Source: Candidatus Liptonbacteria bacterium
GTDB lineage: Bacteria; Patescibacteriota; Minisyncoccia; UBA6257; 2-01-FULL-56-20
Reading direction: 5' to 3'
Assembly: GCA_016204385.1 (NCBI GenBank)
Contig: JACQKW010000015.1
Location: 29,882-93,881 of the forward strand
Length of the DNA stretch: 64,000 nucleotides
Below the pieces are notes generated by a model. It ran no database searches, had not been told where the DNA came from, and saw only the letters and a program-made list of their open reading frames with translations. The translations under genes and the position numbers were made by a program. Shown piece by piece: positions 36,591 through 46,645 of this stretch; position 1 is the stretch's first letter, and every line of letters begins with the position of its first letter.

Positions 36591-37196
36591 TTAAGTGCAT
36601 ACCAACTGACATCTGCAAGTATTTTTAAAACATACCCTTTCACCATTGAATGTACAAAACCCCACGTCGAATCCTTTGGGTTGTTTGGTTGGATATTTGC
36701 TGCAATCCAAATTTTGACAATTTGCATTAGATAGACACCGACCCCCTTCTTCTCTGCTTCCGGCAATGGTTTGTTTGCAGAGTGAAATATAGTCTGTGCT
36801 CGGCATTAAATCACAAAGTTCAGAGTCATTGAGTTTGAGCGCGAGTTCGCGAACACACACGTCCCGTGTGCTTACCGCTCCCAGAGGAGACGTGCTCGAG
36901 AGTGTAAGACAATAATCTAAATCGCCTTTTACAATCACATAAGTATACTTGCACTCTTCGCGAGCTTGTTTTGGGCTGACACCATAGTCTTGAATGACGT
37001 GTCCTTTATTTATCTTGTCGCAGATTTTTGGGTTGTTTTCCTGCAGTGCCGCAGAGAGCGCAGCATGAATATCCCACGTTCGAGCGAATGGGTTTATCTT
37101 CTCGCCCGGACGAACCTCTGTTTGGTATATCCACAAAACGGCCGCAATAATAATTACAATGACTAACAAACCAACGATGAGTACTTTTTTCTTCAT
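36591..37196 (-). CDS. Cys-rich membrane-anchored extracellular protein
   Basis: N-terminal TM, many spaced Cys residues. Confidence 0.7.
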   Translation of the reverse strand: MKKKVLIVGLLVIVIIIAAVLWIYQTEVRPGEKINPFARTWDIHAALSAALQENNPKICDKINKGHVIQDYGVSPKQAREECKYTYVIVKGDLDYCLTLSSTSPLGAVSTRDVCVRELALKLNDSELCDLMPSTDYISLCKQTIAGSREEGGRCLSNANCQNLDCSKYPTKQPKGFDVGFCTFNGERVCFKNTCRCQLVCT

Positions 37197-37200
37197 ACTT

Positions 37201-37545
37201 TTAAAAATTAAGCAACACCACGCCTGTGAGCGTAAGAACTATCGCGGTAATTTGTACCGTGTTCAAGGATTCGCCGAAGAAAAGCACTCCGGCGGTAAGC
37301 GTAATCAAGGCATAGAGCCCCGTTTGGAGAATGCTCACGATCGAGAGTTTCCATCCTGCGACAAATATATACGTGAAGAAAAAGATTTGGAAGAGGTAGA
37401 GAAGTATCGCGCCAATCATGAGCGGACTCTTCAGTGCCTCTGTAAACCCTCCTCCGCCCACGGCCGCTTTTTTTAAGAGCGCATCGGCAATCGCCACTGC
37501 GGACACCGCAAGAATAAGCAACCCGATGTGTAAAAGCTTTGGCAT
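37201..37545 (-). CDS. Small DMT/SMR-superfamily 4-TM protein
   Basis: Four TM, GVLFFGESL; start placed at MPKLL. Confidence 0.7.
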   Translation of the reverse strand: MPKLLHIGLLILAVSAVAIADALLKKAAVGGGGFTEALKSPLMIGAILLYLFQIFFFTYIFVAGWKLSIVSILQTGLYALITLTAGVLFFGESLNTVQITAIVLTLTGVVLLNF

Positions 37546-37703
37546 AAGAAGAGGATCAGCGCCCGCAATGCATCTGCGCTTGTGATGCCTACCGACGTTC
37601 CGCATGAAACCCTCGACAATGCTTATTGTACCACGCTATGGGCGGGTTTTACTCTGCTTTGTTCTGTCTCGAGCAAAAAAGGACGGGGGCGGCGAATTCT
37701 CGC

Positions 37704-39497
37704 TCAAGCATCCTCCAAAAACCCGCCGGATTGGTGTTTCCAAAGCTTCTCGTATATCCCTTTCTTTTTGATCAATTTCTCGTGCGTGCCGTCCTGAACA
37801 ATCCGCCCCTGATCCATAACAATAATTCGATCAAGGTGCCTGATGGTAGAGAGCCGATGCGCAATCACGAGCGCTGTCTTGTCTTTCATGAGCTCCCAGA
37901 GCCCCGTTTGAATATACTTTTCCGATTCGGAATCAAGAGAACTCGTCGCCTCGTCAAGAATCAAAATTGGCGCATTTTTGAGCAATGCCCGGGCGATCGC
38001 CACGCGCTGTTTCTGCCCGCCGCTCAACTTTATCCCTCTCTCGCCGACCAATGTTTCATATCCGCTCGGCAATTCCCGAATGAACTCATCGGCATGAGCG
38101 ATCGTGGCCGCGCGTATAATGTCCTGCGTCGTCGCTTTTTGATTGCCAAAAGCAATGTTCTCTAAAAGAGAACGATGGAAAAGCAGCGGCTCCTGGGGCA
38201 CATACGCAACGGCTTCGCGGAGTGATGCTTGCGTGACCGCTTTCAGGTTTTTACCGTCAATCATGATGCTGCCCGACTGGGGATCGACAAAACGGAGCAA
38301 GAGCTTGGTAATGGTCGTTTTTCCCCCGCCGCTCGGCCCAACCAGGCCAACTTTTTGCCTGCTCGCAATGGCCAAATTGAAATTTCTCAAAAACGGCGGC
38401 GACTTGTCTGAAAGACCGCCATACCTGAAACTCACGTTCTTAAAAACGATATCGGCGCCGGTTGCTCGCAAGGTGGTTGCGCGTGGATCGTCCGTGATTG
38501 CCGACGTATCGCTAAAAAGCTGCGTAAATTCCGCCGCCTCGCTTATTGCGGATTCGAAGTGCCGATAAATCCTGTTGATGTCCCAAAACACGCGCGTGAT
38601 CTGTGCGTAGTAAGAAAAAATCACCATGATTGCTCCCGCGTCCAATCCAAGGCGTCCCGTAAAAAACACCGCTGCAGCCAATCCGGAGACATTTGCAAGA
38701 ACGTACATAGGGGAAACAACGGTATCAAACTTCAAGTTCTGGTAGTCGGCGGCGGCTTTGTACTTTAGAACAAAATCGTCCAGATAGTCCCCGTAGGTTG
38801 AGAGTTCATCTGTTTCGCGGGCAAACGACTTGACCGCCAACATATTCGTGATGGCATCAGACAATCTCCCTGCCACTTTACTGCTCGCGTCGTGCCGCAA
38901 GGCAACCAAGCGGGAGCGGCGGCTAATGATCGGCAGTGCGACAAAGACAACCACGGTTATCCATGCAATTAAAATCAATGGCAGCCAGAACGAATACCGC
39001 CACAGCACGACGATCGCAAACACGATCGGGAGCACGTTGTTCACGACGCTGAGGGTCAGGGTGTCGGTAAAAATTTCGAAACTGCGCGAGAATGCCAGCG
39101 CTTTTTTTGTGAGCGAGCCAACAAAGTTACTCACATAGAAATCGTAATCGCGCTCGGAAAGCCGCCGAAACGCTATCTCGCCGAGGTTTCGAAGCCCGCC
39201 AACTTCGAGCTTGATCAGGAAATGAATGCCGAGACGCCCTAATAATTCGCCAAGGAACCACAACGCGCCGAAAGCGAAAATATAGGGCCAGACAACCGCG
39301 ATTGAAATTGTGCCCTGTTTGACCAGGATATTCAGAAGATTTCCCACGATGAGCGGCGGCACAAAAAACACAAAAATAGTGCCGACGGCGGGCGCGAGAA
39401 ACGCAAAGACGGCATGTCGTAAAAATGCTCTGTATTGGGAAATATAGTCGCGCAGCACCTGACGTACTGCGCTCGTGGTGATAACTCCTTTTTCCAT
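37704..39497 (-). CDS. ABC exporter, fused permease/ATPase
   Basis: GPSGGGKT, LSGGQKQR, ILDEATSSLD. Confidence 0.95.
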   Translation of the reverse strand: MEKGVITTSAVRQVLRDYISQYRAFLRHAVFAFLAPAVGTIFVFFVPPLIVGNLLNILVKQGTISIAVVWPYIFAFGALWFLGELLGRLGIHFLIKLEVGGLRNLGEIAFRRLSERDYDFYVSNFVGSLTKKALAFSRSFEIFTDTLTLSVVNNVLPIVFAIVVLWRYSFWLPLILIAWITVVVFVALPIISRRSRLVALRHDASSKVAGRLSDAITNMLAVKSFARETDELSTYGDYLDDFVLKYKAAADYQNLKFDTVVSPMYVLANVSGLAAAVFFTGRLGLDAGAIMVIFSYYAQITRVFWDINRIYRHFESAISEAAEFTQLFSDTSAITDDPRATTLRATGADIVFKNVSFRYGGLSDKSPPFLRNFNLAIASRQKVGLVGPSGGGKTTITKLLLRFVDPQSGSIMIDGKNLKAVTQASLREAVAYVPQEPLLFHRSLLENIAFGNQKATTQDIIRAATIAHADEFIRELPSGYETLVGERGIKLSGGQKQRVAIARALLKNAPILILDEATSSLDSESEKYIQTGLWELMKDKTALVIAHRLSTIRHLDRIIVMDQGRIVQDGTHEKLIKKKGIYEKLWKHQSGGFLEDA

Positions 39498-39570
39498 ATC
39501 TGCAGAAATGGATAACCATTATACTGCGGTTTCGACTCCTTATGAAATTGTCTAGAGTTAAAAGGTAAAG

Positions 39571-40170
39571 TTATGCCTTCAACTCTCTAATCTCCGCGGT
39601 TTCCAAATAAGGAATTTCCCTATGATGGCTCGCGTGCTTATTTAGAAAATAAGCACGCAGTATCTGTAAGACATCTCCGTGTGAAACAAGTAGAATCTTT
39701 TTACCTTTGTGCTTTTTCTCTAATACATTTATTAAGGCAACTGTTCGTCTGAGAACTTTATTGGGGCTCTCAACGCCCTTGTGTGTATGATTCGCGTTTC
39801 TTTTGTCGTGTTTATAAACCTCGTCGAGATTACCGAAGGCGGTTTTATCAAACTTGCCAAAGTATCTCTCCCTCAAATTCTTGTGGAAATTGATTTTTCT
39901 GGCACCGAGCGACTTTTTAGCAATTTGTGCGGTTTCTTTCGCCCTTAAAAAGTCGGAAGAATAAATGATGGTATCAGAACCCAATAGCCTGCTTTTCTTG
40001 ATTTTTGAGATAGAATTTTTAACCTGCTTTTTCCCTTTTTTTGATAATCCAAAGCGAATGGTTCCTTCTCTTGGATGACTTAAAAGTATCCCGGCAACGT
40101 TTGCTTGGCTCTCCCCATGTCGAATAACGAAATACCGATTTTTGATTTTCTTGGGCAATTTTCTCTTCAA
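39571..40170 (-). CDS. Histidine phosphatase family protein
   Basis: IRHGES, SSDFLRA, VSHGD. Confidence 0.9.
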   Translation of the reverse strand: MKRKLPKKIKNRYFVIRHGESQANVAGILLSHPREGTIRFGLSKKGKKQVKNSISKIKKSRLLGSDTIIYSSDFLRAKETAQIAKKSLGARKINFHKNLRERYFGKFDKTAFGNLDEVYKHDKRNANHTHKGVESPNKVLRRTVALINVLEKKHKGKKILLVSHGDVLQILRAYFLNKHASHHREIPYLETAEIRELKA

Positions 40171-40188
40171 GTGCTTGTGAGATAGTTA

Positions 40189-40512
40189 CTATCGAATGAT
40201 ACTTCCTGGCGGAATTTCGCGGTCGGGGTGGAGTAAAACAGGATGCCCGTCTGCATCGGCCGCCAAAATCATTCCCTCGCTCATATGCCCTTTGAGTTTC
40301 CTCGGCTCGAGGTTCACAATCACGGGCACTTCTTTCCCTGCTAAGGCGGTGGGGTCGGGATACGATTCCGCGATTCCCGCGACCACCTGCCGCTCTTCGC
40401 CGCCGATGTCGATAATAAGCTTCACGAGTTTGTCAGAATCCGGAATCTTTTCCGCAGAAAGAACTTTGCCAATCCGTATGTCGAGCTTTTTAAAATCGTC
40501 GAAGGTGATCAT
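40189..40512 (-). CDS. Stand-alone tRNA-binding OB-fold protein (MetRS C-terminal/Trbp111-like)
   Basis: FKKLDIRIG, VNLEPRKL, SEGMILAA. Confidence 0.88.
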   Translation of the reverse strand: MITFDDFKKLDIRIGKVLSAEKIPDSDKLVKLIIDIGGEERQVVAGIAESYPDPTALAGKEVPVIVNLEPRKLKGHMSEGMILAADADGHPVLLHPDREIPPGSIIR

Positions 40513-40608
40513 GCGTGTGTGTAAAATCCTTATAAAAACTCTGCGTTGCTCTTATGGTAAACCCTTTTCTTCTTCGCCAAAGTGGGCTGGTGGGATAGTG
40601 CAAACCGC

Positions 40609-41655
40609 TTACAACCCATGGTACCAATACCCAAGCCCCAGAGCGTGTTTTCGCAACCGCTCCGCGCTCAATTCCGTTCCTTCCTGATCGCCAAGCATAA
40701 TCGCGCGAACCGCGCGATGCGCCATTTGGGCGCGGAAGAAAAAATCAAGCTTTCGGCGCAACCGGTCCGGATCGTCGTGCGGATAGTGCTTCAATAATTC
40801 CTCGACAAACTCGCTGCCGAAGTGACTATAGGGACGGAAAAGATCGTAGTCAGGATCGCCGATCCGTACCCCTCCCCAATCAATAATGCCCGTTATTTTT
40901 CTCGATTGCTTGTCAAAAAGGATGTGCTCCGCCTCGAGATCACCGTGCAATACCGCCGCTGTATACTCAAAATTTTTCTGATCGCTTAAATATCCGGAAA
41001 AAAGTTCCTCGGTGTAATCTTTTATCTGTTGCTCGTCGGCCGGATATGCCCGCTCCATGGCCGGATACACGCGCCCGCGCGCATCCTCGAGCCCGTTCTC
41101 GTAGAGCGAATGGAAATTTTGCTCGCGCAATCCCCATTGTTTCGCGGTTGCCGGATCAATCGAGTGGAGTTCTCGGAAAAAACTTGCGAGCTGTTTCACG
41201 GGTTCTGCGTCCACTCTCCCATCGGCGCCAATAAAATCCGATCTTTTCAAATCTTCCCCTTCGATTTTCTCGTATCCCACCATGCGGAGCTGGTTACGTT
41301 GCGCCCCTTTATATTCAAAGGCCGGGATGGCGAGATCAATGCGCTTCGCGATTTCAGGCAGCACAACGATCTCTTTTTTAATAGAAGCGTCTGCTTTTTC
41401 GTTCTTCGCGAACCGGAATACAAGTTCACTATTCACGAGAAAAGCGGCGCTCCCCATCCCTTCGCTAAGATATTCGATCTGCTTGACTCTAAGGTCGGGA
41501 AAATTCCTCTCGATGTCTGCTTTTGCCGCATCAACAGGAATTTCGACGCGATATTCCCCTGGCGTATAGCGGGGCTCACGTTCAAGGCCTCGGTTAGATT
41601 TCTCGAGATCCTCCCCATTATCGGGGGGATCCGGCCGCTCGGGTGATTTCGGCAT
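40609..41655 (-). CDS. Aminoglycoside phosphotransferase-family kinase
   Basis: LHGDL, GIIDWG, GDPDYDL. Confidence 0.85.
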   Translation of the reverse strand: MPKSPERPDPPDNGEDLEKSNRGLEREPRYTPGEYRVEIPVDAAKADIERNFPDLRVKQIEYLSEGMGSAAFLVNSELVFRFAKNEKADASIKKEIVVLPEIAKRIDLAIPAFEYKGAQRNQLRMVGYEKIEGEDLKRSDFIGADGRVDAEPVKQLASFFRELHSIDPATAKQWGLREQNFHSLYENGLEDARGRVYPAMERAYPADEQQIKDYTEELFSGYLSDQKNFEYTAAVLHGDLEAEHILFDKQSRKITGIIDWGGVRIGDPDYDLFRPYSHFGSEFVEELLKHYPHDDPDRLRRKLDFFFRAQMAHRAVRAIMLGDQEGTELSAERLRKHALGLGYWYHGL

Positions 41656-41755
41656 ACACCATCAACGTACCATTTCTGTCCTGATTTAAGAATGGGAGCT
41701 TCGTCAATTCGCAAAACCGCGTCCCGACGGTTGATGCGGTCGTTAAATGCGCGAT

Positions 41756-42559
41756 CTAAAAAGAAAGAGATATTGCTGATATGTCATCGTGTTGTTTATA
41801 TCGTGGATATTTCCAGCATTTAGGATCATCTTCTTGCAAATTTCTGACGAAATTTTTTACGTTCTCTAACCCACCCTGTAGGAAAAGATTCACAAATAAT
41901 TTCCAGTCATCTTTCCCTTGTGGGTCTTCCTTTGGGATCATCAGGCCGTCGGTAAAAAGCAGAATGTGCTTAACATTTTGGAGATTTTCCTCCCCTGTTT
42001 TAAGGAAAGGAATCGCTTCTTCCTCTCCGTTTAGAACCCCATACGTTTTATTTGCGTTAGCCCGGAGCCCCGCAAGGGGTCCCGGGACCAATATCTCGAA
42101 TATGTTTTCTCTCCTTTGCCCAGCTAATTCTTTCCATATCTTCAGAACTTCCCCGTCATGGTCAAAATCCTCAACAAGTAGTTTGTATGAGTTATCTTTG
42201 AATATGAGCAAAATTAGACAATCTGCAAGTTGTATCCATTCGAAAGAGTCGTCTTTGATTCTGACGGACGCTAGGATTGTACCCCACAAGCCACTTTTAT
42301 TTTTAATATCAATTTCTGACTCCAGCATTTTTTCTCGAATTATGCGGTTTGCTTCGATTGCGAGATTTCTCAATGTACCTTTATTTCGAGAAAAGACATC
42401 TCTCGTGATAGTCGCCGCGATCAAACCACCCGTTATACCCTGTTCGTCAACGAATTTATCTAAGCTATTAAAGCCGTCGAAAACTGCAAAAAGGTTGTCT
42501 TTAATCAGGCATGCATCCTCTTTGCTTGAGCCAACATCAAAAATGTGATTAATCTTCAT
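41756..42559 (-). CDS. PP2C-like phosphatase domain protein
   Basis: EDA, AVFDG, LFTDG, HDDIS. Confidence 0.75.
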   Translation of the reverse strand: MKINHIFDVGSSKEDACLIKDNLFAVFDGFNSLDKFVDEQGITGGLIAATITRDVFSRNKGTLRNLAIEANRIIREKMLESEIDIKNKSGLWGTILASVRIKDDSFEWIQLADCLILLIFKDNSYKLLVEDFDHDGEVLKIWKELAGQRRENIFEILVPGPLAGLRANANKTYGVLNGEEEAIPFLKTGEENLQNVKHILLFTDGLMIPKEDPQGKDDWKLFVNLFLQGGLENVKNFVRNLQEDDPKCWKYPRYKQHDDISAISLSF

Positions 42560-42568
42560 GAATCAAGG

Positions 42569-43660
42569 TTAAATAGTAATCAGTTCTTTCGAAATCTTTT
42601 CACTCAAATTGATATTCCCGTTTCTTTTTAGCACCAGTGAATCTTCGATGCGCACGCCGCCCAAACCCTCGATGTATATCCCGGGTTCGATCGTAACCAC
42701 CGCATTTTCCGGCAAGGGCTTTTCATTCTTGCTCGAAACATACGGCAACTCGTGCACCTCCATGCCTAATCCGTGCCCGGCGCTGTGGAGAAAATACTCG
42801 CCGTATCCCTTGGTCGCAATGTAATCACGGCACACTGCGTCAAGTTCTTTTCCGGTTATGCCAGCTTTTGCAGCCTTGCATCCAAGCTCCTGTGCGGTTT
42901 TCGTTACTTCATATATTTTTGCCAAAGCGGGAGAAACGTTGCCAAGCGCAACAGTACGTGTCATGTCAGACGCATAGCCGTTTGAAAAACAGCCAAAATC
43001 AAACGTGATGAGTTCGCCGCGTTTTATTTTCTTCTCCGTCGGCTTTCCGTGCGGTTTCGCGCCGTTTGCGCCGGAGGCAACAATCACCTCAAACGCAACC
43101 TGCTCTGCCCCGCCTTCTTTCATGAGAAATTCGAGTTTTACCGCGAGTTCTTTTTCCGTGAGTCCCTCGCGTAGATAGGGCAAAAACCGCTCAAATGCAC
43201 CGCATGCAATACGCGCTGCTCTTTGGAGCTCCATAATTTCAGCGTCGTCCTTAACTGCACGGATCTCTTGCAGAACGTCGTTCTTGCTTATAATAACGAC
43301 GTCATGAATCACTTCGCTCAGCTTCGAAACCGAGTGGTACGACGTTCTCGCTCCGTCGATTACTACGGTTTTAAGACTTGACGCCCGACACACCTTCGCG
43401 AGCGCCTCGAGATGCGAAAATCGCTCAACTTTTACGAGTTGGAAATCGGGGCACTCTTCTTGTGCCTGTAAGAAGTAGCGTCCGTCGGCAAGAATAAATT
43501 TCTCGCTTTCGGTAATGACAAGAATAGACTCGGACCCGGAAAAACCCGATAAGTATCTTGTCCCAGGTTGGCCGGATAGCTCGTGATTTAAAAGTAGAAA
43601 CGCGTCAGCCTTAGCGGATCGAACAATGTTTCTAATCTTTTCAACGCGCTCGTCGAACAT
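42569..43660 (-). CDS. Xaa-Pro aminopeptidase (M24B)
   Basis: SDMTRT, GHGLGMEVHE, TIEPGIY, GVRIED. Confidence 0.93.
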   Translation of the reverse strand: MFDERVEKIRNIVRSAKADAFLLLNHELSGQPGTRYLSGFSGSESILVITESEKFILADGRYFLQAQEECPDFQLVKVERFSHLEALAKVCRASSLKTVVIDGARTSYHSVSKLSEVIHDVVIISKNDVLQEIRAVKDDAEIMELQRAARIACGAFERFLPYLREGLTEKELAVKLEFLMKEGGAEQVAFEVIVASGANGAKPHGKPTEKKIKRGELITFDFGCFSNGYASDMTRTVALGNVSPALAKIYEVTKTAQELGCKAAKAGITGKELDAVCRDYIATKGYGEYFLHSAGHGLGMEVHELPYVSSKNEKPLPENAVVTIEPGIYIEGLGGVRIEDSLVLKRNGNINLSEKISKELITI

Positions 43661-43756
43661 GGAGGTGTAAGTCGGTCTAGAACTTAGGACTTTTAAGCAG
43701 TATAAGGATTTTCTTGGGGTCGTTTCAGAACTCCAATTGAGATGTATGGGCCTAGA

Positions 43757-44569
43757 TTACTCTTCAGTGAAACAATCGCAACTCAAAAACTGTCCAAGAC
43801 ATTTTGGACATTGCTCCACATCACATCCGCTAGCATGAAATTGTCCTCGAATTACTCCGCAATCGTGACACGGCTTTTTTGTAATCTCTGCATAATCAAA
43901 AGGTTTTCCGCTCTCATCTAAAAACGGGTTGCCGTTTTTATCAAGCCACCCCTCTTCACCATATTGTATACGACTATACTTTTTATCACTTTTTTCAAAA
44001 AATCTCGTTTTTTGAGCACTGACTATGTCCGTGGGGTTCAATTTATGCATCTCCACTCCGTTGTAAATTACGAAGTTCTCCTTAAAATACTTCATTAATC
44101 TGGCCTCTGTGGGCCATAATTCTTTTTTAATTTTTCGATGCACTTCTTTCTTCAAATGCTTGATGTGAAAATAATGAACAAATTCAAAAAGTTGAGAATA
44201 TATGGTCTTAAACTCGAACCTGTTCATTTCAAACTCATAATGAAGTATAAGATTTCTATATTGTGCAGCCTTATGAATAACGCTTCTTTCCTTCTCCGTA
44301 ACATCGAAGCCAGCTATGGATTCTAATCTTGATAAAGCTTGTTTAAGAGAAACTGTGTTTTTAGGGTTATCTACGTCTTCAAAAATTAATATTGGGTGAT
44401 TCTTTTTTAAAACTTGTTTCAACATTAGCTCTATGGCTTGAGTAATATTGAAAATTGCAAAAGGCCAATCATGAATATTTCGTGACGCCTTTTTTGCATG
44501 TCTCAACGACTGATTCAAAAAGTTGTAAGAATTCTCGATTATTGAATATTGATGAGAGAACTTTTTCAT
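43757..44569 (-). CDS. Hypothetical protein with HEPN-like RxxxxH motif and C-terminal Cys/His cluster
   Basis: AIELMLK...RNLILH; CHDC..H..C..CPKC..CDC; AT-rich. Confidence 0.65.
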   Translation of the reverse strand: MKKFSHQYSIIENSYNFLNQSLRHAKKASRNIHDWPFAIFNITQAIELMLKQVLKKNHPILIFEDVDNPKNTVSLKQALSRLESIAGFDVTEKERSVIHKAAQYRNLILHYEFEMNRFEFKTIYSQLFEFVHYFHIKHLKKEVHRKIKKELWPTEARLMKYFKENFVIYNGVEMHKLNPTDIVSAQKTRFFEKSDKKYSRIQYGEEGWLDKNGNPFLDESGKPFDYAEITKKPCHDCGVIRGQFHASGCDVEQCPKCLGQFLSCDCFTEE

Positions 44570-44581
44570 ATAAGTTCAAGG

Positions 44582-44899
44582 TTAAAAAAAGTAATCCCTA
44601 ACCGTGATTTGATTAGCAGACCCTGGGGGAAAATTTTCTAAAATGTTTATACACGGTTTCATGATAACGCGTTTACCGTCCACCCCTTTTTTCATTAGAG
44701 AAATGTAGGGCTTTTTTTTATCACACTTAATTCTTTTCCTAATTAGCTCTGTTCCTTTTTCAATCCAACCCTTGAGGTCTTTCTCTGCTTCTTGGCAGGT
44801 TGTACCAAAACCAATAGCAAAGGCATGTTCGTCAGCTTTTAATTGGAACGAGGCTGATATCTCTTTTGAATCGTGATAATAAATTAAAGTTGTAGTCAT
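44582..44899 (-). CDS. Hypothetical protein (weak HicB-like GTTxxEA motif)
   Basis: AT-rich ORF ending 12 bp before the HEPN-like gene. Confidence 0.5.
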   Translation of the reverse strand: MTTTLIYYHDSKEISASFQLKADEHAFAIGFGTTCQEAEKDLKGWIEKGTELIRKRIKCDKKKPYISLMKKGVDGKRVIMKPCINILENFPPGSANQITVRDYFF

Positions 44900-45005
44900 A
44901 ATTTAGCATCTGATCTCACAATCGCCTTAGGCAAGTCGGTCCTCAATAAAAAATGTTGTCTGTGGAGAGGGCGAGAACTCAAACTAAGACGCTGAATCGT
45001 GATGT

Positions 45006-45665
45006 TTACCCATTGATAGTAAACCACTTCCCCTCGCTCACCACTTCCACGTTGTCGTCAACAACTTTCAAGGCCGAATTATCATCAAGAACGTAGATTT
45101 TTTCTTGTATATCCTTGGCGGTCTTTCTTACAAAATCCTCTTTTCGCAGATTAAAGTGCGGAGAGTTCAAATGCGGTAAAAAATAGAAATCAACAAGATT
45201 CAGGCACGGTATATTCTTGCTCGGAACCGGATCTTCTTCGTACAATAAAAGGGTCATCTTGAGCGCCAGATCTTTACTCGCCACCATGCTTCCTGCGCTT
45301 AATCCCACATACACTTTTGTTTTTAGCAGTTCCGGAAGAAGAGATGCGAGTCCAGACTTATTCATCCAGGTCATCAGATGATAGGTGCTGCCTCCTTCGA
45401 AAAACAGGATGTCGGCATCCTCCAGTTTTGGACGCCATATTGCTTCATCAACCGCCGAGATGTCTGCAATGTCAATGCACTTAAAGTTTTGTTTTCTTAA
45501 ATTTATCAGATCATCAATAAGCCAGCTCTTATCACCCTTTTCTACGTTTGATGCCGTTGGAACAAAAATCAGCGACGTATCTTCGGGTCTCTTGCCCACT
45601 AATTCAAATAGCGCATCGGCTATTGATTTATTTGTAATGCCACCGGAAGTAAGAAGTAGTTTCAT
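45006..45665 (-). CDS. Peptidase E / S51 family
   Basis: MKLLLTSGG, FEGGST, GLSAGS, FLPH. Confidence 0.88.
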   Translation of the reverse strand: MKLLLTSGGITNKSIADALFELVGKRPEDTSLIFVPTASNVEKGDKSWLIDDLINLRKQNFKCIDIADISAVDEAIWRPKLEDADILFFEGGSTYHLMTWMNKSGLASLLPELLKTKVYVGLSAGSMVASKDLALKMTLLLYEEDPVPSKNIPCLNLVDFYFLPHLNSPHFNLRKEDFVRKTAKDIQEKIYVLDDNSALKVVDDNVEVVSEGKWFTING

Positions 45666-45722
45666 GGTTGGTAATACTGCGGAGGGTGTGAGATTTATTT
45701 TATCGCTTTCTCCCGCACAAAG

Positions 45723-45809
45723 CGGTGGGGGTGGGATTTGAACCCACGGTACCATTTCTGATACACAATCTTTCCAGGATTGCCGTTTAAACCACTCACG
45801 CACCCCACC
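45723..45809 (-). tRNA. tRNA-Ser(GGA)
   Basis: GGTGGGG/CCCCACC acceptor stem, CAATC-CTGGAAA-GATTG, long variable arm. Confidence 0.94.
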
Positions 45810-45952
45810 GCTTTAAGCGGGATTGCATTTTGTAACTTTACTTCGTTTCAGACAAAATGGGAACAAGCGCGCGCGATAGACACGGAGTTTATCCGCCCAC
45901 TGGCGGACGAACCCTCCCTAATTTCTAAGTTCTAACGACTAAGTGCTAAATC

Positions 45953-46645
45953 CTACCCAATAACGCTACCGCGAAACTCCTTTCCGTTCAAGAGATTTTT
46001 GAAATTCTCGAGGTCTTTCCCTTGGATGATGATCGCAGAAATTCCCGCGCGCTCGGCGAGGCGCGCGCCCACGGGATCCATCGGCGCGTGCATGCCGGGC
46101 GTCCATCTTGCCGGAACGAGCGCGCGGTACTCTTTCCATGAGAGCTTCCCGATGGGCTTCGCGTTTTTATGCTTTGCATGATCCTTGTCATAGACGTGCG
46201 AGGGCTTGCCCGCGATCACCACTTCGCGCACGCCAAAATCCTTTGCGAGCGCGACCGTCACGTAGTCCGTTGACCACCCGGGCCGCCAGCCGGAGGCAAT
46301 CGTAACGGGATAACGAAGTTTTTTAATTTTTCCCCGCGCGTCCAAAACCACCGGATCCGCCACACCCTCGAAAATCGTCCGGAGAAGCTGGGCGTTCAGG
46401 CGCGTGGCGTGAATGCCTATCCAGTCCTTGTCTTCGTCGCTTACGCGGTTTAATTTCGCCGCCGCCTCTTGAAAAAGGCGGGAGAGCCACCCCCCGCCCA
46501 CCACAAGCACGAATTTCATCTTCCTCCGCAGAAAAGGCGCGAGAAACTTTTTGAACCGAGCGAGGAACAGCGTATCAATGCTCTCGGGGAAAACCACCGA
46601 CCCGCCGAGCGCAAGCACTACTACCTTTCCGAAGCGATGCATCAT
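45953..46645 (-). CDS. pyrH: UMP kinase (archaeal-like type)
   Basis: LALGGSV, VVGGG, GIHATRLNAQL, PGWSTD. Confidence 0.88.
   Translation of the reverse strand: MMHRFGKVVVLALGGSVVFPESIDTLFLARFKKFLAPFLRRKMKFVLVVGGGWLSRLFQEAAAKLNRVSDEDKDWIGIHATRLNAQLLRTIFEGVADPVVLDARGKIKKLRYPVTIASGWRPGWSTDYVTVALAKDFGVREVVIAGKPSHVYDKDHAKHKNAKPIGKLSWKEYRALVPARWTPGMHAPMDPVGARLAERAGISAIIIQGKDLENFKNLLNGKEFRGSVIG

Noticed and set aside
40609..41655. Bona fide aminoglycoside resistance gene
   Set aside because: Only family-level kinase motifs are visible; substrate cannot be inferred
33229..45700. Prophage or integron array
   Set aside because: No phage structural genes, integrase or recurring attC-like sites were found
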